From: Polyangiaceae bacterium
Lineage (GTDB): Bacteria > Myxococcota_A > Polyangia > Polyangiales > Polyangiaceae
Length of the DNA stretch: 64,000 nucleotides
Reading direction: 5' to 3'
Assembly (NCBI GenBank): GCA_044222475.1
Contig: JBGANF010000031.1
Span: 1-64,000 of the forward strand
Below are positions 57,768 to 64,000 of the stretch, one piece after another. The position numbers and the translations under genes were made by a program. The notes below the pieces were generated by a model, which saw only the letters and a program-made list of their open reading frames with translations, did not search any database and was not told where the DNA came from. Each line of letters starts with the position of its first letter. The first letter of the stretch is position 1.

Positions 57768-60320
57768 ATGAATCGCTGGTCCATCCTCCTCGCCACGTTC
57801 GCGGTTGCAGCGTGCGTCCCCGGCGCAGCCGCACCCAATGGGCAGTGCCCGACGATCCCGTCGGCGAGCACCGTCGCATCCACGGCACCTTCCGTCCCTC
57901 CGACGCCGCCTGCGCCGATTACGACGGGCTACGATCTCCCACCGAAGAACGTCCTCGACGTCCTCCTCGCGCCTGCTCCGCCGGTGCCCTACGTGAACCC
58001 GACGGGAGACACCATCCTGCTGGTCCAGTGGGTGGAGTACCCGTCGATGGCTCGCGTCGCCGAGCCGTTTCTCCGCCTCGCTGGCGTTCGGGTCGAGCCG
58101 CGCACCCGGCGCAAGCACGACACGCCCGGCGGCTACGGCATTCCACCGTGCGCGCGCGACTTCACCCTCGTGAACGTCGCAACCGGCAAGGACACGCGCA
58201 TCGCGCTCCCTCCGGGCGGGTGCCCCGAAGCGATCTCGTGGGCGACCGACGGGAAGCGCTTCGCGTTTCGCAACACGTCGGCCGATGCCGTCGAGCTCTG
58301 GATCGCCGACGTCGCCACCGCCACGGCCCACCTCGTTCCCGGGACGCGACTGAACCCGATGCTCGGCAGCACGATGCAGTGGATGCCGGATCAGAAGCGC
58401 CTCCTCGTGAAGCTCGTCCCCGACGGTCAGCCGCCGCCGCCCCCCGCTCCGATCGTCCCGAGCGGCCCGAGCATTCAAGAAGCCAACGGCGAAAAGGGAG
58501 AGAGCAGCACGTACGAGGCGCGAGACACCCTCAAGAGCAAGTACGACGAGGACCTCTTCGACTACTACGGAGCATCGCAGCTCGCCTTCGTCGACGCCGA
58601 CACCAGCGCGATCACGCGCTTCGGAAAGCCTGGAATCTACACGGAGCTCGACGCTGCACCGGACGGCGATCACGTCCTCGTGTCGACGCTGAAGAAGCCG
58701 TACTCGTACGTGACGACGTACGGCCGCTTCGCGCACGACGTCGACGTCTGGGACCACACCGGCGCGAGCACTCACACGATGGCGTCGCTGCCGATCGCCG
58801 ACCGAGTCCCCGTGCATGGCGTGCCGACCGGGCCGCGCGAGTACGGCTGGCGCGCGACCGATCCGGCCACGTTGACGTGGGCCGAAGCCCTCGATGGCGG
58901 CGACTGGAAGGCGAAGGTCCCAGCTCGCGACAAGGTGATGCTCCAGAAGGCGCCGTTCACCACGCCGCCGATCGAGGTCACGCGCACCGAGCAGCGGTTC
59001 GAGGGCATCTCGTGGGCGGAGACACCGAGCCTCGCCTTCCTCGACGAGTCGGACGCGAACCGTCACTGGCGCCGCACGTTCACGCTGAACGTCGACGATC
59101 CGAAGACGAAGCCCGCGCTCCTGTGGGATCTCTCGGAGGACGAGCACTACAAGGATCCCGGTGCCCCGATGTTCCGCCCGCTGCCCAACGGGCAGTGGGT
59201 CGTACGACAGGACGGCGACGCGATCTTCCTCCGCGGGACGGGCTCGTCCCCCGACGGCGATCGCCCGTTCCTCGATCGGCTCGATCTGAAGACCAAGACC
59301 TCGTCGCGCCTCTTCCGCTCGGAGAAGACCGCGCTCGAGAGCGTCCTCGCGCTGACGGACCCGGCCGCGAAGACGTTCCTGACGTGGCACCAGTCGCCGA
59401 CCGATCCGCCGAACGCGTTCGTTCGCACGGTCGGCGCGGCGATCGCTTCGGCGCCGGCTGGCGAGCCCGGGTTCGCGACGCAACCGCGAGAGCTCACCCA
59501 CATCCCTGATCCGACCCCGGCCGTCCGCGCCATCAAGAAGCGGCTCGTGAAGTACAAGCGCAAGGACGGGACCGATCTGTCGTTCACTCTGTACACGCCG
59601 CCGGACTACGTCGCGGGAAAGCGCGTCCCGGCGGTGCTGTACGCGTATCCGCTCGACTACGCGGACCCGTCGAAGGCCGGTCAGGTCACCGGATCGGAGC
59701 AGACGTTCACGCGCCTGAGGCAATACAAGCTCATGCTGCTCGCCGGATACGCGATCATCGACGACGCCTCGTTCCCCATCGTCGGCGATCCGAAGAAGGC
59801 CTACGACACGTACCTCCCGCAACTCGTCGACGACGCGAAGGCCGCCGTCGACAAAGCCGTCGAGACCGGCGTCGTCGACAAGGACCGCATCGGGATCACC
59901 GGCCACAGCCACGGCGCGCTGATGACCGTGAACCTCCTCGCGCACTCGGATCTGTTCCGCGCCGGCGTCGCGACGAGCGGCTCGTACAACAAGACGCTCA
60001 CCCCGTTCGGCTTCCAGAACGAGCGTCGCTCGGTGTGGGAAGCGCGCGACGTCTACCTCAAGGCGTCGCCGTTCTTCTCCGCCGACACGCTCAAGCTCCC
60101 GATCCTCCTCATGCACGGTGAAGACGACGCCAACCCCGGCACCACACCGCTGCAGGCGACGAAGCTCTTCGAGGCGATCCGCGGCAACGGCGGCACGACG
60201 AGGCTCGTCATGCTTCCGCACGAGCCGCACTGGTACGCCGCCCTCGAGTCGAACGAGCAGTACGTCTACGAGATGCTCCGCTGGTTCGACAAGTACGTGA
60301 AAAACGCGCCGCCGCGGTGA
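57768..60320 (+). CDS. S9 family serine peptidase (S9D glutamyl endopeptidase-like) lipoprotein
   Basis: VAAC lipobox; GHSHG nucleophile, SGSYNKTLTPFGFQNE, HGEDDANPGT, LPHEPH. Confidence 0.93.
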   Translation: MNRWSILLATFAVAACVPGAAAPNGQCPTIPSASTVASTAPSVPPTPPAPITTGYDLPPKNVLDVLLAPAPPVPYVNPTGDTILLVQWVEYPSMARVAEPFLRLAGVRVEPRTRRKHDTPGGYGIPPCARDFTLVNVATGKDTRIALPPGGCPEAISWATDGKRFAFRNTSADAVELWIADVATATAHLVPGTRLNPMLGSTMQWMPDQKRLLVKLVPDGQPPPPPAPIVPSGPSIQEANGEKGESSTYEARDTLKSKYDEDLFDYYGASQLAFVDADTSAITRFGKPGIYTELDAAPDGDHVLVSTLKKPYSYVTTYGRFAHDVDVWDHTGASTHTMASLPIADRVPVHGVPTGPREYGWRATDPATLTWAEALDGGDWKAKVPARDKVMLQKAPFTTPPIEVTRTEQRFEGISWAETPSLAFLDESDANRHWRRTFTLNVDDPKTKPALLWDLSEDEHYKDPGAPMFRPLPNGQWVVRQDGDAIFLRGTGSSPDGDRPFLDRLDLKTKTSSRLFRSEKTALESVLALTDPAAKTFLTWHQSPTDPPNAFVRTVGAAIASAPAGEPGFATQPRELTHIPDPTPAVRAIKKRLVKYKRKDGTDLSFTLYTPPDYVAGKRVPAVLYAYPLDYADPSKAGQVTGSEQTFTRLRQYKLMLLAGYAIIDDASFPIVGDPKKAYDTYLPQLVDDAKAAVDKAVETGVVDKDRIGITGHSHGALMTVNLLAHSDLFRAGVATSGSYNKTLTPFGFQNERRSVWEARDVYLKASPFFSADTLKLPILLMHGEDDANPGTTPLQATKLFEAIRGNGGTTRLVMLPHEPHWYAALESNEQYVYEMLRWFDKYVKNAPPR

Positions 60321-60322
60321 GC

Positions 60323-60889
60323 CTAGTAGCGAACGACGAGCATGGTCGTCGCATCGCCAGCCCAGCGGCGGGACGAGAAGTCGACGCCGTTGGAGGGCGC
60401 GCCCGAGAGCTCCAGCAAGCGGCTGAACGCGCCGCGCGACTGATGACACGCCGCTTCTTCGGCGCGCGCGCCCATCTGGAAGTCGACCTGGATCCGCGCC
60501 AGGTGGTCGGAGATCTCGCACGTCTCGAACGCGGGAAAGTCGAAGAACCCGCTGCGGAAAGACTGAAAACGCATGAGCGTGTCTCGCGGACAGTCGGCCG
60601 CGAGCAGCATCGGGTGCTGAGCGAGCAGCCCGTCGACCGATGCGCGCCCGAACGCTTCGACGAGCTCCAACTGGTCGTGGGCGATCTCGGTCAGGATCGC
60701 GAGGCCCATCCGCTCGAAGCTCTCCATCGGGTACCACGTCGCGGGATCGATCCGCGTCTCGAGCCAGCGCATGTCGGACGCAGTCAGATGGCGAGCCCAG
60801 GCCGCGCCTTTGTGCGCGCGGATCATGCGCACGTAGTCGACGAACAACGCACCGCGAACGTGTCGTTCCAAGGATTCCTCCTTCTTCAT
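60323..60889 (-). CDS. Hypothetical protein, DUF2378/TIGR02265-like
   Basis: VRGALF...RIDPATWYPME...GAFSRLLELSG; family recalled, not searched. Confidence 0.68.
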   Translation of the reverse strand: MKKEESLERHVRGALFVDYVRMIRAHKGAAWARHLTASDMRWLETRIDPATWYPMESFERMGLAILTEIAHDQLELVEAFGRASVDGLLAQHPMLLAADCPRDTLMRFQSFRSGFFDFPAFETCEISDHLARIQVDFQMGARAEEAACHQSRGAFSRLLELSGAPSNGVDFSSRRWAGDATTMLVVRY

Positions 60890-60912
60890 CGTGTGCGAGT
60901 CATGGGCTGGGG

Positions 60913-61890
60913 TTACGCGAAATCGGCGCGGGGCAACCCGAGGGATCGCAGGTCGAAGACTTTCAGTGCGAAGGTTCCATTCACCGGGATCTCGGTCCAG
61001 GCGCACCACTCACCACGCTGGCTCAAGGTCACTCTCGCGAAGGCGGGGAGCTCGTACTCGGCCGGCGACCCTTCGAAGCATCCCCGCCACCACCGAAGGA
61101 GTGCGGGTGCGGCCGGCTCCGCCACGAGACTCGCCGACGCGTCGCCGAAGCAGTGGAGCACGCCCGCGACACTCGACGCGATGGGCACGTCCTCGGACGA
61201 GCCGTCCTCGGCCCACGCTTCGAGACGCCCATCGAGAATGAACACGAAGCGACGCGTCTTCGGGTCGAACGCAGCCTCGTACACTCCATGCCTCATCTGG
61301 AGCGTGCGACCCCGTCGTTCGCTCCGGAGGTCCGGTCCGTACAGCGACACCCGCTTCTCCTCGAGCGGTCCCTCCGTCGCCATGCCGACGTCTTCGAAGC
61401 CTCCGTCGGTGCACACGAAGATGGCGTCCGTTGCTGGATGGGCGCACTGCACGGTGAACCCCGTGTACTCGCCCACGCCGCCGGCGATGGCGAGCCCGCG
61501 GAGCGCGAAGGTCTCGGTGTCGTACAGATTGCGATCGCCGAGGTAGGAGCGACCGCCGTCGCTGATCTGCAGGCGGGTCGGTCGATTGTAGCTCTCGCCG
61601 GAGCGGACGAGGTCGAGCGTCCCGTCGTCGTACACGCCGATCCCACCACCGTGCGACACGAGCAGCCCCCCCTGCGGAAGAAACGCCAGAGCTCGACCGC
61701 TGGGCTCCGAGTACGGCGACGGCAGTTGCCTCGTCGCGATCACCTCGAACGACTCGAGCGACCACAGGACGAGCACACCCTTTTCGTCGACCGTGGCGAG
61801 CTTGCGAGCGTCACCCGAAAACGCCACCGCGCGCACGGGCGCGCGGTGGACGACGAACGACTTCGCCGACGAGAGGTCGAGCGTCTTCAC
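60913..61890 (-). CDS. WD40-repeat protein
   Basis: HRAPVRAVAFSGDARKLATVDEKGVLVLWSL. Confidence 0.75.
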   Translation of the reverse strand: MKTLDLSSAKSFVVHRAPVRAVAFSGDARKLATVDEKGVLVLWSLESFEVIATRQLPSPYSEPSGRALAFLPQGGLLVSHGGGIGVYDDGTLDLVRSGESYNRPTRLQISDGGRSYLGDRNLYDTETFALRGLAIAGGVGEYTGFTVQCAHPATDAIFVCTDGGFEDVGMATEGPLEEKRVSLYGPDLRSERRGRTLQMRHGVYEAAFDPKTRRFVFILDGRLEAWAEDGSSEDVPIASSVAGVLHCFGDASASLVAEPAAPALLRWWRGCFEGSPAEYELPAFARVTLSQRGEWCAWTEIPVNGTFALKVFDLRSLGLPRADFA

Positions 61891-61932
61891 GCCGGCGCAC
61901 TGTGCCGTCGATCGAGACCACGAACAAGCCGA

Positions 61933-62382
61933 TCAGCCGCACTCCTGCGCGTCCATCACGCAGTCGTCGGACAGCGAGAGGAGCATCTCCTCCTCTTCGG
62001 CCATGTCCGCTTCGAGCAGGTGCACGAACCAATCGACGTCGGCCACGAGAACCGCCACGGTCGCCTCCTGACGGAGCTGGTCGAGCAGAGCGGCCACGAG
62101 GATCCGCTGTTGTCGGTGTCCGTCGAGGAGTCGGTCGACCCTTGCCGGACCCCATGGATCGAGGTCTCGGATGATGGGGAAGAGAACGCGCTCCTCGGTC
62201 TTGAGGTGCTTCAGAAAGAAGCCGGCGAGCTCGCTGACTACCCGCTTTAGCGCGGAAGGTTCATCGTCCAAGGAAAGGACCCGCCTCGTTCGCCGCACCA
62301 GCTCACGCAGGGCTTCGTGCTGCTCCAGCACTTGTGCCCGCGTGTCGTCGAGCGTCCGGACGGCCTTCATCACGCCACTCAC
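61933..62382 (-). CDS. Hemerythrin/HHE domain protein
   Basis: EQHEAL, HLKTEERVLFP, DGHRQQ, DMAEEEEML. Confidence 0.85.
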   Translation of the reverse strand: MSGVMKAVRTLDDTRAQVLEQHEALRELVRRTRRVLSLDDEPSALKRVVSELAGFFLKHLKTEERVLFPIIRDLDPWGPARVDRLLDGHRQQRILVAALLDQLRQEATVAVLVADVDWFVHLLEADMAEEEEMLLSLSDDCVMDAQECG

Positions 62383-62441
62383 GACCCACCCCCAGTCGGC
62401 GTTTTCATGGTCGAACCCCTTTCGGCGATGGTGGGATCAAA

Positions 62442-62457
62442 TGCATCTCGTGTGCCC
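62442..62457 (-). promoter_or_regulatory. Putative sigma54 promoter of the hemerythrin gene
   Basis: Minus strand GGGCACACGAGATGCA; imperfect inverted repeat upstream at ~62493-62524. Confidence 0.45.
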
Positions 62458-62572
62458 CGGCGTCCCATCGCACGGTTGAGACGGCCGCCAAGCCAGGATT
62501 CGGAAATCTTTTCCGGAACCCTGGGCCGGTGTGCAGCCCGTGCGGTGCGCAGGCGGTGGTACCGTCGACGAC

Positions 62573-63253
62573 GTGACCACACCGAAGCACCTTTACCTCC
62601 ACGGCTTCGCGTCGGGTAAGGACTCCAAGAAGGGAGTCGCCATCGCGGCGCACCTCGCGGCCCGGGGGTTGGACCTGGAGCGCCTCGACCTGCGCGTCCC
62701 CTCCTTCGAGCACCTCCGGCTCTCCGCGATGCTGGACGTGGTCGGGCGCGCGATCGGCGGCCCGGACGACCGCGCGATCCTCCTCGGGTCCAGCCTCGGT
62801 GGGCTCACCGCCGCGCGCCTCGCCGAACGCGACGCACGGGTGAGCGCGCTCTTCCTGCTCGCACCCGCGTTTCAGCTCGTCACACGCTGGCGGGCTCGCG
62901 TCGGCGAGGCGGAGTGGCGCGCTTGGGAGGAGCGCGGATGGCTCGAGGTCGACGATCACGCGACCGGCGGACGCTCGCGAGTGGACTTCGAGTTCACGCG
63001 CGACGTAGCGAGCGTCGACGCGACGCCGTTCCCCGACGTTCAGGTGCCGACGCTCGTCGTGCACGGCACCCGCGACGACGTCGTCGACGTCGAGCTCTCA
63101 CGACAGTTCGCGAGGGACCGGCCGCACGTTCGCCTCGTCGAGGTCGACGATGGGCACGACCTGATGTCGTCCCTCGATCGGATCACCGCCGAGGTCGACG
63201 ACTTCCTCGGAGCTACGTATCCGCGCCCCACTCTTGAAGCGAGCGCACCATGA
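62573..63253 (+). CDS. YqiA/YcfP-family alpha/beta hydrolase
   Basis: LYLHGFASG, LGSSLGG, LLAPAF, HGTRDDVV, DDGHDL. Confidence 0.9.
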   Translation: MTTPKHLYLHGFASGKDSKKGVAIAAHLAARGLDLERLDLRVPSFEHLRLSAMLDVVGRAIGGPDDRAILLGSSLGGLTAARLAERDARVSALFLLAPAFQLVTRWRARVGEAEWRAWEERGWLEVDDHATGGRSRVDFEFTRDVASVDATPFPDVQVPTLVVHGTRDDVVDVELSRQFARDRPHVRLVEVDDGHDLMSSLDRITAEVDDFLGATYPRPTLEASAP

Positions 63254-64000
63254 CCTGGCCCTCGCCCCGCATCGCCTCGAGCGCGTCGCACGCGGCGAGC
63301 GCCGCCGCGATCGTCGTGAAGTAGGGGATGTTCGAGAGCAGCGTCTGCCGACGAAGCGAGTAGCTGTCTCGCACCTCGCGCGCGCCGATCGTCGTGTTGA
63401 CGACGATCCCGATGCCGCCGCCGCGGATCTCGTCCACGACGTGGGGCGTCCCCTCGTTCACCTTGTTGAGTCGCACCGCCGGGATGCGCGCCCGACCGAG
63501 CGCCGCCGCCGTGCCGCCGGTGGCGCAGATCTCGAACCCGATCGCGCGCAGGCGACGTGCGATGTGGACGACGACCGGTTTGTCCTCGTCCTTGACGCTC
63601 AGGAAGGCGCGGCGACGCTCGCCTTGAGCCGGTAGCCGAACCGGCGTCCCGCTCGCCGCCATGGCCTTGCCGAACGCGCGCGCGAACGTGTCGGCGATGC
63701 CCATGACCTCGCCCGTCGATCGCATCTCCGGTCCCAAGATGGTATCGACTCCGGGAAACTTCGCGAAGGGGAACACGCTCTGCTTCACCGCGACGTGCCG
63801 CGGGACGGCCATGTCTTCGAGACCGAGCTCGTCGAGCGTCTTGCCGACCATCACCTTGGCGGCGATCTTCGCGAGCGGTCGCCCCGTCGCCTTCGACACG
63901 AAGGGCACCGTGCGGCTCGCGCGCGGGTTCACCTCGAGCACGTAGACGCCCTCGCCTTTGACGGCGAACTGGACGTTCATCAGCCCGACGACGCCGAGCT
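63213..64000 (-). CDS. carB: Carbamoyl-phosphate synthase large subunit (C-terminal part; runs off window)
   Basis: MNVQFAV, EVNPRASRTVPFVSKATG, LGPEMRSTGEVMG, MGS domain. Confidence 0.97.
   Translation of the reverse strand, partial: LGVVGLMNVQFAVKGEGVYVLEVNPRASRTVPFVSKATGRPLAKIAAKVMVGKTLDELGLEDMAVPRHVAVKQSVFPFAKFPGVDTILGPEMRSTGEVMGIADTFARAFGKAMAASGTPVRLPAQGERRRAFLSVKDEDKPVVVHIARRLRAIGFEICATGGTAAALGRARIPAVRLNKVNEGTPHVVDEIRGGGIGIVVNTTIGAREVRDSYSLRRQTLLSNIPYFTTIAAALAACDALEAMRGEGQVMVRSLQEWGADT

Noticed and set aside
63213..63253. Convergent overlap of the hydrolase and carB
   Set aside because: Short 3' overlaps are common in compact high-GC genomes; no further signal

Overview
High-GC, gene-dense bacterial DNA. 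The abundant lipoproteins, Cys-rich secreted proteins, Hanks kinase, DUF2330 and ferritin-like proteins suggest Myxococcota (Polyangiaceae-like); this is an inference. About 58 CDS are supported, from a truncated MacB-type permease at the left edge to the 3' end of carB at the right edge. Recognisable genes include cstA, an addA/addB-type helicase-nuclease pair, radC, an Slt lytic transglycosylase, a stand-alone LigD polymerase domain next to RNase HI, a SpoIVB/S55 peptidase, a GH31 glycosidase, an S9 peptidase, a pentaheme cytochrome c, a lycopene cyclase-family protein and an HUH/Y1 (RAYT-like) transposase. I saw no rRNA, tRNA, CRISPR array, reverse transcriptase or prophage. The best leads are: (1) a tail-anchored GST resembling metazoan GDAP1; (2) a repeat-core lipoprotein-like peptide translationally coupled to a ferritin-like diiron enzyme (candidate RiPP-like system); (3) a single polypeptide apparently fusing many TM helices, ExbD/TolR-like and AgmX/TonB-C-like modules; (4) a LigD-PolDom plus atypical RNase HI pair; (5) a REP-less RAYT-like gene between putative immunity genes; (6) pervasive near-leaderless promoter architecture, including three sigma54 motifs at identical spacing from the start codon; (7) an inverted hexamer-repeat element at 4.6-4.76 kb. 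All family calls come from motif recognition by eye; no searches were run.
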